Source: a virus
Reading direction: 5' to 3' (one strand)
Virus record (IMG/VR): IMGVR_UViG_3300024581_003789
Location: 59,665-123,664 of that record
Length of the DNA: 64,000 nucleotides
Shown here: in pieces, positions 30,558 to 41,000 of the stretch
Position numbering within the stretch: position 1 is the stretch's first letter
Layout of the letters: each line of letters opens with the position of its first letter
Notes under the pieces: generated by a model
The model's input: the letters and a program-made list of their open reading frames with translations, nothing else
Databases searched by the model: none
Told to the model about the DNA's origin: nothing
Made by a program: the position numbers and the translations under genes

Positions 30558-31049
30558 ATGGCAGAAACCTTATCAGTTACAGATATGCTACCAAATAAGT
30601 TTGAACCTAAAAGAGGATATCGATGGGTTCTTGCGATTGAAGGTATTGACTCTTTCTTGGTGCAGTCTACAAAACGTCCAGACGCAACGATCGGAGCGAC
30701 AGAAATTAAATACATCAATAGTTATCGAATGATATCTAATGGTAAAGTTAAGTGGAGTAGCATTTCAGTTGATCTTCACGATCCTATTGCACCTTCTGGC
30801 GCACAACAAGTAATGGAATGGATTAGAACTCATTACGAATCTGTTTCAGGCCGCGCAGGATATGCAGATTTCTATAAGCGTGATTTACAATTAAAAATGT
30901 TAGATCCGATCGGAACAGTCGTTGAATTGTGGGATATCAAAGGCGCAATTATTACTAATGCAACATTTGGAGCTCTTTCTTACACCAGTGACGATATTAT
31001 GAAAATTAGCTTAACTCTTGAAGTTGATAACTGTGTATTACAGTTCTAA
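30558..31049 (+). CDS. gp19: Tail tube protein (gp19-like)
   Basis: 163 aa after the sheaths; FEPKR..RW, YKRD..LKMLDPIG.VVE.W.IKGA motifs; AGGAG RBS. Confidence 0.88.
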   Translation: MAETLSVTDMLPNKFEPKRGYRWVLAIEGIDSFLVQSTKRPDATIGATEIKYINSYRMISNGKVKWSSISVDLHDPIAPSGAQQVMEWIRTHYESVSGRAGYADFYKRDLQLKMLDPIGTVVELWDIKGAIITNATFGALSYTSDDIMKISLTLEVDNCVLQF

Positions 31050-31065
31050 TTAAACAAAATAGTTG

Positions 31066-31094
31066 TTAACATTAAAGAAAAGCTCCGGTATAAT
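31066..31094 (+). promoter_or_regulatory. Near-consensus sigma70 promoter with -10 box in a hairpin loop
   Basis: TTAACA(31066)-N17-TATAAT(31089); flanking inverted repeat AAAGCTCCGG...CTGGAGCTTT. Confidence 0.65.
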
Positions 31095-31128
31095 TGCTGG
31101 AGCTTTAACTTTATACGCTGGAGGTAAT

Positions 31129-31920
31129 GTGCATAACGAAAAAGACACTTTAAAGAATGATTTTGGTTGGGATATTCCTTACGAAACTGTTCCTTTACCT
31201 TCCCAAGGTGTTTTATACGACCCAGATCTGACGCTTTTCAATAGAGAAACTCTTCAGATTAAGGCAATGACAGCAAAGGAAGAAGATATTTTAACTAGCA
31301 ATGCTTTTATTAAAAGTGGAACTGTTATTGAAAACTTGATTTCTTCATGTCTAGTTGACAAATCTTTTGATGTTAATGATTTAATTACCGGTGATAGAAA
31401 TGCGCTACTAGTCTCAATTCGAATTACTGGATACGGTAGTGATTATAAGATGAATCATACATGTGGGCATTGTGAGTCTAAGAATGAGGTGGTGGCTCAA
31501 CTATCTGAGTTATCTATTAAAAGACTCTCAACACAACCTGTATCACCTGGGCAAAATTTATTTGAATACAAGCTTCCAGTTACAGGAAAAGTTGTTCATT
31601 ACAAGCTTACAACTGGAAAAGATGAAAAAGAAGAAGAGTTGATCAAAAAGAGAAAACAAAATTTAGGATTGCAACCTGACGGTCAAGTTACATCTTTTCT
31701 AGAAAGATCAATTGTGTCAATTGACGGTATTACAGATCGCAACAAAATTACGCATTTTATTAGAAATATGCCTGCATTAGATTCAAGAAAGCTTAGGCTG
31801 CATATTAAAGAAAATGAACCGGGTATCGATATGTCTTGGAGTTATCATTGTTCTAGTTGTACTGGAAAAAATGATTTGACCCTTCCAATGACCACCGAGT
31901 TTTTTTGGCCCAGTACATAA
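31129..31920 (+). CDS. Tail/baseplate assembly chaperone (gp26-like; lambda gpG position)
   Basis: GGAGG + GTG 31129; LPSQG, MTAKEEDIL, CxxC pairs (CGHC, CSSC); ends EFFWPST; between tube and tape measure. Confidence 0.7.
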   Translation: MHNEKDTLKNDFGWDIPYETVPLPSQGVLYDPDLTLFNRETLQIKAMTAKEEDILTSNAFIKSGTVIENLISSCLVDKSFDVNDLITGDRNALLVSIRITGYGSDYKMNHTCGHCESKNEVVAQLSELSIKRLSTQPVSPGQNLFEYKLPVTGKVVHYKLTTGKDEKEEELIKKRKQNLGLQPDGQVTSFLERSIVSIDGITDRNKITHFIRNMPALDSRKLRLHIKENEPGIDMSWSYHCSSCTGKNDLTLPMTTEFFWPST

Positions 31921-32167
31921 CTGGCGCGAAAATATTCTAGAAGAGTTTTTTCTGCTCCAGATGCACCTCAACATGTCTTTTTCAGAGGTGAAGAAACTAC
32001 CAATAAGATATCGACATTGGTACTTAGACAGGTTAGCGAAGCATTTTAATGATAAAAAAGAAATGATGGAGAGCGTTAAATCTAACAACTCTGCTAGAGA
32101 ATCAAATAGCGACGTCATGAATAAGTTTGCTCAGTTTGAAAACCAAGTAAATAGTAAATTTTCTTGA
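31892..32167 (+). CDS. Second chaperone segment (gp51/gpT-like), probably reached by frameshift
   Basis: +1 frame open from 31892 to 32167; first ATG (31961) lacks a good RBS; sequence WRENILEEFFLLQMHLNMSFSEVKKLPIRYRHWY. Confidence 0.6.
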   Translation, partial: PPSFFGPVHNWRENILEEFFLLQMHLNMSFSEVKKLPIRYRHWYLDRLAKHFNDKKEMMESVKSNNSARESNSDVMNKFAQFENQVNSKFS

Positions 32168-32211
32168 TGTATAATTAGTTTTATATTAAGAATTATTAAA
32201 AGGTAAGTTTT

Positions 32212-34080
32212 ATGACTCAAGCAGAATTAGAAGCCGCAATTTCCGCAGGTGTAAAAGCAGGTCTCGCAGGTATTAACACTAGCACAATAAATGATACAAA
32301 AATAACGCCACCGGACAACGATGACGTCGATCGTTCTAGAACTACAAATAAGAGTATAACTAAAAAAGAAACAGATAGTATTATAGCTGATTTTATAGGG
32401 TCAGAAGGTCACTTAGGAGAGTTATCTGAAACATCAATAATTGCACTAGAAGGTATCGTCAAAGGTTTAGACCATAACAAATCTAAGATCAAAGAGATCA
32501 CCGAAGAACAATTAAAATATTTTTTTAATGCTAGAAAAGAATTAGGAAATATTTCTTACGACATGGAAACGGGTGAAGCCAAAATGTTTGGAAACACTAA
32601 ACACTATGTTGAGCAATATGAAGCAATTTTAAAAGATGCGTCAGATGCACTAAGAGATGACAGTTTAAATTTTGCTGAGGGCTATGGTGAAACGCTAGAT
32701 CCTCTATACAACTTTTTTGAGAATGCAACTGAAGCTGCCAATAGGTACGGAAAGATCATGGAGGAGGCCGGTTCTGATACACCTAGAATCGTTCAAGAGA
32801 TCGAAGAAGCTGAAGCTAAACGACTTACATTCTTCTCCAAGACTTTAAATATTGTTGAATCTGATGTCGCAGCTTTCTTAAAGAGACAATATGCATATAC
32901 AGGTGAAGCTTCAGATGAAATTATAGGAAAAATCGGTACTACGTCTAAAGCCTTGGCAGAAGCAACAGGAATATCAGCACACCAAGTTAAAGAAGGTATT
33001 ATTGCAGTGATGAAAGACGTTGATAAGTTTGGAAATATTGGCGTTGACGCTGCTGGTAGAATTTCTGCAGCATTAGGGCAATTAGGTGTAGACTTTCAAA
33101 GTTTTCAAAGCTTAACAGACAAATTCATGAATTTTGATAGCGCTGCTAGTAAAATGGGCGAATTATCTGCGCTTTTTGGCATACAAATGGATGCCATGGA
33201 AATGACTTACTTGGCAAACGAAGATCAAGAAGAGTTTCTTTATAAAATGAGAGAAGAAATTCTTGACGCTGGGATTGATGTTGAAAATCTCTCAAATACA
33301 CGTGCCCGGGCACTTGCTTCTCAATTAAATATGTCTGTGACAGAAATGAAAACGTTTCTTAGGGAGGGAGAGCTAGCTGTTGATCAGGTTGGTTTAGAAG
33401 AAGCAACTTCCGCAGCTGAAGAAATGGACGCTTTAACTGTTGCTGGAAGAGACTTTGGTGATGAGTTTGCAAGAGCGAATCAGTCTGTATTAGAGTCTTT
33501 GCAAGAAAAGTTGATTCCTGGTGTCGTTGAAGCTAGAAACGAATTGTATGGTACAGCTACTGAGGCTGAAAGAACAGCCACAGCATTTCAAAAAATAAAA
33601 TTGCCAGACGATCTTAATAGAGTTAGAAAAGAAGTACAAGGTTACAAGATAGACGTACAAGAAATGTTTACAGGCGGTGCAGAAGAAGCTGTCGAAATTG
33701 TCAATTCAGGATTAGCTGCCCTTTCTAGCGGAATAGCTAGTACATTTGATGCAATCAGAGACGAAACTGAGGCATTTGTTGATGAAATGTACGGAACTAG
33801 TTCAAATAACCCTGTTGTTGTACAACATCAAAGCAATATTGCTGACATACAAGATGCAGTTGAAGAAAATCAAATTCGAGAGCTGGAAAATAAACAAGAC
33901 GTAAAAGCTCTTCTCGCTGAGCTTTCCGATCAAAAAGCAGTAATAGATTCTTTGATGCAAAAACTGGAAAACGAAGAACCTATTGTCTTTAATGTTGCGC
34001 TAGATGGAGAAACAATTGCCTCAAAGACAATGTCAGTTCTACTTAAAAACGGTCAAGCTGTCGATATACAAACACTCTAG
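32212..34080 (+). CDS. Tape-measure-like protein
   Basis: Ala/Glu-rich helical 622 aa in the canonical position after tube and chaperones. Confidence 0.65.
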   Translation: MTQAELEAAISAGVKAGLAGINTSTINDTKITPPDNDDVDRSRTTNKSITKKETDSIIADFIGSEGHLGELSETSIIALEGIVKGLDHNKSKIKEITEEQLKYFFNARKELGNISYDMETGEAKMFGNTKHYVEQYEAILKDASDALRDDSLNFAEGYGETLDPLYNFFENATEAANRYGKIMEEAGSDTPRIVQEIEEAEAKRLTFFSKTLNIVESDVAAFLKRQYAYTGEASDEIIGKIGTTSKALAEATGISAHQVKEGIIAVMKDVDKFGNIGVDAAGRISAALGQLGVDFQSFQSLTDKFMNFDSAASKMGELSALFGIQMDAMEMTYLANEDQEEFLYKMREEILDAGIDVENLSNTRARALASQLNMSVTEMKTFLREGELAVDQVGLEEATSAAEEMDALTVAGRDFGDEFARANQSVLESLQEKLIPGVVEARNELYGTATEAERTATAFQKIKLPDDLNRVRKEVQGYKIDVQEMFTGGAEEAVEIVNSGLAALSSGIASTFDAIRDETEAFVDEMYGTSSNNPVVVQHQSNIADIQDAVEENQIRELENKQDVKALLAELSDQKAVIDSLMQKLENEEPIVFNVALDGETIASKTMSVLLKNGQAVDIQTL

Positions 34081-34089
34081 AGAATAAAA

Positions 34090-34299
34090 ATGATAGAAGA
34101 AATTAAAAAAGAAATTTATGAATACCTTGACACACAAGATTTGTCAGAAGATGAACTTAAAATTATAGATAGTTATGTATTGGAAATCATCAACTACTTT
34201 AAACCTATCGTCGACTTGTCAGATGAACTAAAAGATGTAGAAAAAACAAAAGAATTAGCTTCACTTATTCTTAAAGACATGGGAGCAGAAATTGGCTAG
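34090..34299 (+). CDS. Small acidic hypothetical protein
   Basis: Fills the gap between tail genes; overlaps next start. Confidence 0.6.
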   Translation: MIEEIKKEIYEYLDTQDLSEDELKIIDSYVLEIINYFKPIVDLSDELKDVEKTKELASLILKDMGAEIG

Positions 34300-37200
34300 A
34301 GAAACGCTTAAAGACTTTTTAAATAAAAAAGGTTCTAAAGACACAATGTTGTCTTATACAAGAAAGTCAGGTCCGGACGGACTAGGAAAAGACCCGGGAA
34401 CTGGAGAAGAGCTTTTAGATTTAGAAAATGACATTAGAGGGTTGTTGGGAGATTATGTTCGGTACATAATGGAAGAACATAATTCTGAGTTTATTCCTAA
34501 ACCTGGAAATGAAAAAGCTTCTAGTTCAAACAGGGGAGATGACTTAACTATTGCTGATGATCAAGGTTTTGAGAAAGTTTTTGTTGAGCAAGGAACAGAA
34601 CTTAAAAGTAAGCTTAACGAGTATAGCAACAGTGGGAAATTTGATGATCTGAGCACTTTAATAGACAAGGTGGGTAAAAACTTTAGTAATAGTGAAAAGT
34701 TAAAAGAGATTAAAGGACGTCCTTCCGGTAAATATGGCGAGACACTGTCAAACCCGACAGGTGAAGATAACGATATCATCAAGGCTACTCAAAAATCTTT
34801 TTTAAAAAATAACAGATTTGCAAATGTAGGTAACGATAAAAATAGTGCTTATGTTGAAAGAGGAACGTCAGGAAAAGATTTTGAGAAAATTAAAGAAGGT
34901 AATCAAGGTAGTTTTACATCTCAGAATAGATTTGGAACATTTGTAAAAAGCGCTCCTAAAGTAAATCTAGACAGTTTAAAAAGTCTAGGCGCTTCTCTCC
35001 TTCTTAAGTCTTCTGGTTTTTCAAAAGAAACTGGACCTAATGAATCGATGACTGTTGACGATTTTGTTGCAAATATTGACTCTATTACGTCTAAAAACAT
35101 AGATGAAAACTCAGGATTTGATAAAATTGATTTTTTAAATGTCAGATCTAAATATGCTAGCGGTTTTCCAACAGATCAACTAGGTAATTCTACTCGTAAC
35201 GGAAGAGGAGATATCATTTCCGACGATCCTAATGCAGAATCTTCTAAGACTTACGGATCAACATACAATACAGAGTTTACTTTTTCAAAATCAAAAAAGC
35301 TGCATAGGATTCAAGCTGCGATAGCAATGATAGCTGTCAAAAATGTCGGCAAGACTTTTTATGATAATGTGATTAACACACTTAGTACATCAGATGCCGC
35401 AGACTTAAAAAAGAGTGGTGAAGAATTCATAAGAGAAAATCCAGAAGGTGACTATGGACCTTATCTTTTAGGAAAGTCAAAAAATCTGCAATCTAAAAGA
35501 CTTTCTAATAACGTTTTAAACAGTCTTTTGACAAATACGAATTACAAATATGGTGATGCTGTCAATAGAGGAATAGAAGTTGTATTTGGCGTAAGTAGCG
35601 CAGACTCGAAAATGGATGCAAACAAAGTTGCGAATTCAAAAAATATTTCATCAGCTCCTGGTTTTTGGATTGCTGTTGCAAGATCGATTCTTAAATCAGT
35701 TAGCGATGCTAGAAGAGGGCTGGAAAATAGATCACCTGAAAGCATAACTTCAAATGATTTATTTTCTGTGTATAAAGAAATAGTAGAGTCTAATAAATTT
35801 ATTAAATTTTTCAATGTTATGGCAATTATAGGTGATGTTAGTTTAGCTTCGTTTCCTGTGAATAAAGATGAATATTCTGGGCGTGCAAGAGATGTAGACT
35901 TAATGCCTGACAGCAATTCAATCCCAGGTAAAAGTAGAAAAAGAAACGGCAGGTACAAGACAGAATTGTCTTGGAATCAAGACGCTCCGACGTCAATGTA
36001 TTTACTCCCGGCAAATATAATAAGAGCAGCAAGCCTACTTAATAACGCAGTAAGCGGAGAGAATCCCGTTAAGGGTATGTTCGGGTCTAAACTGGTAGAA
36101 AACACATATACCGGTCTAGATGTTGATGGTGATTATAATAGAATCCCTGGCGAGGTTGTCAAAGCTGTTGAGGATTCTCTGGAGGCAGAATATGTGCCTT
36201 TTTATTTTCAAGACTTGCGAACAAACGAAATAATATCTTTTAATGCATTTTTACATCAATTGACTGATACAATTAGTCCAAATTACACGGGCGTTCAGTC
36301 TTACGGAAGAATGGATGCAGTTCAAGTATATCAAGGCACTACAAGATCTCTGCAGGTAGGCTTTACAATCTATGCAACCAATAGAGAAGATTTTGATAGT
36401 ATGTGGTACAAAATCAATAAATTCGTGACCTTGTTATACCCTCAATGGACAGCTGGAACCATGGTTTCAAACGGAGGAGACTCTAAATTTTATCAACCGT
36501 TCAGTCAGGTTGTGGGTGCTTCTCCAATTGTTAGGATGCGGATTGGTGATATTATTAAGTCGAATTATTCAAAATTTGGATTGGCAAGGCTTTTTGGAAT
36601 AGGTGATATTAATGTCAATGCTCGCCCAAAAGAAGGGAGCAGACCTGCTCTTTCAACACTGACTGGGGGTAATGCCAAATTAGGATATGATTTTTTTACT
36701 GAGATTGTTCTAAAGGCTTGGTTGGTAAGCTTTGGGAGTCCGCAATCAACAGCCAATTTTGGTTTTAGTCTTTTAGGCGAACCACCCGGTGTATACGCAA
36801 AAATAGGAATTAACTCTTTAAAAAAAGCAGGAATGGCAGCTATATCAGATCACTTATCCCACAATATATTTGCAAACCCTTGGGCTGTAAATGACTTAAT
36901 TAATGCATTAAAAGATCCAAATACAGACCCAAGCAATCCAAAACTAGGGTATTCTGACAAAGGATCAGCAAATCCAACACTAGTTTATCTAAAACCAAAC
37001 TTCAACAAAGGATATTTTTCTTTAGCAGGAAAAAAATATTTGGTTGACAGAAAGATAAAAGTGAGAATTTTAGAAAAAAATACTTTATCAAACTTAGGAT
37101 CAGGGCTAAGTGGTGATACTATTTGTTATAAAGTTGTCTGTGTTGATCCAACTGCACCGGCTGGTCTTTTTGAGTCTATGGAAGAATTAGTAGTGAGACA

Positions 37201-37759
37201 TGAAGATATTTACCCAGATCCTGAGTTATTTTTTAGAGCATCTGCAGCCGGTCTAAGTTTGGCGATATCTGACCCAACAATGAGCGCGGCAGATCTTATA
37301 GAAGCTAGATCTAATTTAACAAATAAGGCAATTTCTATGGGCGTGCCTGGAGAAGTCATATCAGACCTAGCTAGATCATTTTTAGAAAGAGAAGAATCAT
37401 TTTTCATGAGACCCGAGGTCAACCCATACGTAAGAGCATTTGAGTCTACAAAGGGTAGAGGACTAGCAGGTGTTATAAAAAGTGTAAACTTTGATTGGTT
37501 ATCAGACTTCCCATGGGAAACAGACTTTAATTCTCGCGCACCGGTGGGCGTAAAAATTACTTTTGGGTTTGATGTTATTCATGATCTTCCGCCAGGAATG
37601 GATCATACAGGTTATAATAAATCGCCGCTTTATAATGTTGGTGGGGTAATGAGAAATATCAGTGGTGACCCATATTATGATGGTGGAAAGAGAGCTGAAT
37701 TCAACTTTAATAAAAAAGGCAGCGAAACAGCAAGAACAAAAAACGGCAAAAATAAATAG
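34292..37759 (+). CDS. Large baseplate/tube-initiator-like protein
   Basis: C-terminal half has tube-initiator-like motifs (PFYFQDLR, YGRMDAVQVY, LYPQW, GVIKSVNFDW); position. Confidence 0.6.
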   Translation: MARETLKDFLNKKGSKDTMLSYTRKSGPDGLGKDPGTGEELLDLENDIRGLLGDYVRYIMEEHNSEFIPKPGNEKASSSNRGDDLTIADDQGFEKVFVEQGTELKSKLNEYSNSGKFDDLSTLIDKVGKNFSNSEKLKEIKGRPSGKYGETLSNPTGEDNDIIKATQKSFLKNNRFANVGNDKNSAYVERGTSGKDFEKIKEGNQGSFTSQNRFGTFVKSAPKVNLDSLKSLGASLLLKSSGFSKETGPNESMTVDDFVANIDSITSKNIDENSGFDKIDFLNVRSKYASGFPTDQLGNSTRNGRGDIISDDPNAESSKTYGSTYNTEFTFSKSKKLHRIQAAIAMIAVKNVGKTFYDNVINTLSTSDAADLKKSGEEFIRENPEGDYGPYLLGKSKNLQSKRLSNNVLNSLLTNTNYKYGDAVNRGIEVVFGVSSADSKMDANKVANSKNISSAPGFWIAVARSILKSVSDARRGLENRSPESITSNDLFSVYKEIVESNKFIKFFNVMAIIGDVSLASFPVNKDEYSGRARDVDLMPDSNSIPGKSRKRNGRYKTELSWNQDAPTSMYLLPANIIRAASLLNNAVSGENPVKGMFGSKLVENTYTGLDVDGDYNRIPGEVVKAVEDSLEAEYVPFYFQDLRTNEIISFNAFLHQLTDTISPNYTGVQSYGRMDAVQVYQGTTRSLQVGFTIYATNREDFDSMWYKINKFVTLLYPQWTAGTMVSNGGDSKFYQPFSQVVGASPIVRMRIGDIIKSNYSKFGLARLFGIGDINVNARPKEGSRPALSTLTGGNAKLGYDFFTEIVLKAWLVSFGSPQSTANFGFSLLGEPPGVYAKIGINSLKKAGMAAISDHLSHNIFANPWAVNDLINALKDPNTDPSNPKLGYSDKGSANPTLVYLKPNFNKGYFSLAGKKYLVDRKIKVRILEKNTLSNLGSGLSGDTICYKVVCVDPTAPAGLFESMEELVVRHEDIYPDPELFFRASAAGLSLAISDPTMSAADLIEARSNLTNKAISMGVPGEVISDLARSFLEREESFFMRPEVNPYVRAFESTKGRGLAGVIKSVNFDWLSDFPWETDFNSRAPVGVKITFGFDVIHDLPPGMDHTGYNKSPLYNVGGVMRNISGDPYYDGGKRAEFNFNKKGSETARTKNGKNK

Positions 37760-37767
37760 GGTGATTT

Positions 37768-38073
37768 ATGAGTTTAAATAGATATACGTTTTCTCCTCAA
37801 GGTAAAGATATCATGGGAAAGAAATACAAAGGAAGATCAAACGCGAACTATAAAATATTTAATGCAGTCGAGTCTGGTGCTATAGGCTGTAACGTTCATG
37901 TTTTAGAAGAAGGCGAAAGACTAGATTATTTAGCTGGAATAAATTACGGAGACTCAAGTTTGTGGTGGGTTATTGCCGCAGCAAGTGGAATAGGTTATGG
38001 TTTGCAGGTCCCTCCAGGAACAATACTAAGGATACCTATTAGTTTGACAGACGTGTTTGGAGTTATGGTTTGA
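37768..38073 (+). CDS. Baseplate wedge LysM-like protein (gp53/gpX-like)
   Basis: GERLDYLAG..YGDSSLWWVIAAAS..PPGTILRIP. Confidence 0.8.
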   Translation: MSLNRYTFSPQGKDIMGKKYKGRSNANYKIFNAVESGAIGCNVHVLEEGERLDYLAGINYGDSSLWWVIAAASGIGYGLQVPPGTILRIPISLTDVFGVMV

Positions 38074-41000
38074 AAGGAAAATACGATAAAATAACAAACT
38101 ACAATCTGAGCTATGAAAATCTTTTAGAGGCCATAACAGAATTTGATGGTTATGTGATGGGTGTTTCTCACAACGACATTCTTAACTTAACCCAAACAAG
38201 ATTTGACAACATTGTTGGCGGTTCGGAAGGATTAGATGCACTCTTTAAAAACTCACTCGGCGAGACATACGAAGACGAAGGCTTAAGAGTGTTTTTACAG
38301 CATATCTACTCTAGAATACTTGATAGAACAACTGGTGCATATCAATTTTCAGACATGTTTAGTGGTAATAATTTTGACAAAGTTTTTAGATTTTTGTCTG
38401 ATTATCACAACTTAGAAAGTTTAGCAGTTAGTGAATATACCGGTGCTGGAGAGGGATTAGGGAAGTACATGCATTTAATTTTACCTACATCGCATCAAAC
38501 TTATTTTCCAGTTGAGAAAACAAGTGTTTTTACTCCATGTTACTCTTTTTCTCCTGACACTAGAATGAACAAAGTAATTCGTTTTTTTGAAAATAGCAAC
38601 GAATTAAAAATGACTACTGTGACAAACGCTGAAGGTGATATTAAATTTGATCCAAATACCGGGGAACCTCAAATGCGTGTTGACGTTTACAACAATTCTT
38701 TTGACAAACCTGGCAGTGTTGAGATTAACAAGGATTTACTTGGTGACAGATTTAAGAGGCCTAATTTGTCAGCAGTTGTTATGAGACACCCCAAAGCAAC
38801 AATCGCCGGGAGAAACAAGTCACACCTTCCTATCTTTTTTAATGCAATTACTCCTGTTGAAATGTCTAGGTGCACGCCATATATTAAAATAGAAGTTATT
38901 AGTCAAGATTTTAAAACAGACTCAGAAAAAATAAGCAACTTAAATCAAGTTGGCTACATGAGATTTACAAAAAGTGAATCAGGTGATTATGAATTAGATG
39001 ACCTAGGCGGATTTTCAAGTACTAAGCCGGTACTTTCTGACTCTTCAAAAGAATCAGAAATCAAAAACAAAACCACAACAAGATATTCTTTTATGGATAT
39101 TTTTAATAGCCCACAAACTATGTCTAATGCAGACATTAACAAAATGGGTGGGAAATCTGTTCTAGGCTCTTCTTTTAATAGAGATCCAGTCTTAGAACCG
39201 GTCTCTCCCATGTTGTCGCTCCAATCTTTGAAAGTTGATATTACCGGTGCAGGGTTTGGTTTGCTGGCTTCAAAAAAAGCAGGACTAAGTTTGACCCTTC
39301 ATGATCGATCAAGAATGAGAGACATTGCTCCGCTAATATCGAGTACACAATTCTCTACAACAAAAATAATTATTGAATATGGGTGGAACCACCCGGATGG
39401 AGGGGTTAACTCTGAAAATGTGATTGGAAAGTATTTGAATTCACTCAAAGAGCGATCAATATATCAGGTCATTGGATCAAATTATAGTTTTGGAGACGGA
39501 AACACAGTAAAGATTGACGTTGATCTTGCAGCTTATGGATTTAGACAGAATGAAAAGATACACTGTGGTTCAGGCCCAGAAGTACCTTTAAACATGGTGG
39601 AAGAAAAAATTAAAAAAGTTACAAGTGATATTATTAAAGGAGAAGGTATAGAGGACGCACCTGAAGTTAGGCAAGAAATAAAGTTAAACTCTAGAAACGC
39701 GAGATCAATAAATGCATCAATCTCTTGGAGTGCTTATGATCAATTATCCCCTTTTTTGAGAGAAGGAGGTGATCAAAAAAAACTAACTGATATTATTAAG
39801 ACTATTTTGATTCCGGAGACACTTTTGCATGACAACTACATCGACGAAACACTAAAAGAAGAAATCTCTTCACCAGAAAAAGAAATCCAAGATCAGATAT
39901 CTAGAATGCTAGGCAAGCTAGCAGATATTAAAAAAACTAAACCATCGACAAAAGAAGATAAAGAAGAAAATAGACTTAGCGCTGATCCTTATTTATGGTC
40001 AACAACAACAGGTGCTTTAGATGGTAATTTCTTCAATGGGAGAGATGGAGAATCAGTCTCGTTAGGAAAGGTAATATCTCACTTTATAGGGCATGCAATT
40101 GCAAGTTCTTGCCTGTATGATGAAGTACAATTATTTTTCTACCCATTAAACCACCAAGCAGCAAGTGGAAGAGCACACACAACAGCTAGTCTGCCTATCC
40201 CTATTAAAAAACTAGAATCTGCTATTGATGAAAAACTTAATAAAAACAGCATGATATCAGTCAATTCTTTCTTTAAGCTATTAGAAAAGATAGTAAGAGA
40301 TAGAAATATACCTGCTTACGGTCTGTCCGAGGTTTTTGAAGATTTAAATAAAATTACCAGTTTAGACAATGATGAAGCTCTTGATACAATGAAATCCTTA
40401 TATGAAACAGGAGAATTACAATTAGATATTTCAGAAGCTTTTGCATTTGAGACAATAAAAAGCAAAGGTTCTTATGACGATATTTTTGACGCAGAACAAG
40501 AAAAACTTGTCAAGTCTAATAATGAAAAGCTCAATTCTCTTAATAAGGAAAAATCAAGCCTACAAAAAAAATCAAATACGCTTAAGTCAGATATTGAATC
40601 TAAAAGAAAACAACTTAAAGAACTACCTGAAGGTGATGCATCATTTGCACAAAAAACACAAGACCTCAATGATTCCATCAAGGAAAAAGAAGCAGAAATA
40701 GCAAGCTTAGAAAAAGATATTTTAGAAAAGCAAAAGTCAATTGACTCTATCAATAAAGATAATGACGCCAATTTGTTTAATAAGAAGACTTTTGATGGTC
40801 TTAAAAAGAAAGTTACAACAAAAATTAGAGAAAAGACAAGAAAAGAATTAGCTGAAAAATGTAAATCAATTTACATGAATGATGGTTTAAGTAGTCAATA
40901 TCCGGCTGAGGCTAAGTTTGTAAGACCTAATCTTTCCATGGATTTTGAAGTACTTGAAGCAATTGATGTGAGTAATAGTGAGCTAGAAAAGTTTAACTTT

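Noticed and set aside
31063-31128. Longer TTG start for the chaperone gene
   Set aside because: This stretch contains the promoter/hairpin; GGAGG supports GTG 31129.
31899-31940. Canonical -1 frameshift at G TTT TTT
   Set aside because: The -1 frame ends at TAG 31938 after about 11 codons; only the +1/-2 frame connects to the downstream ORF.
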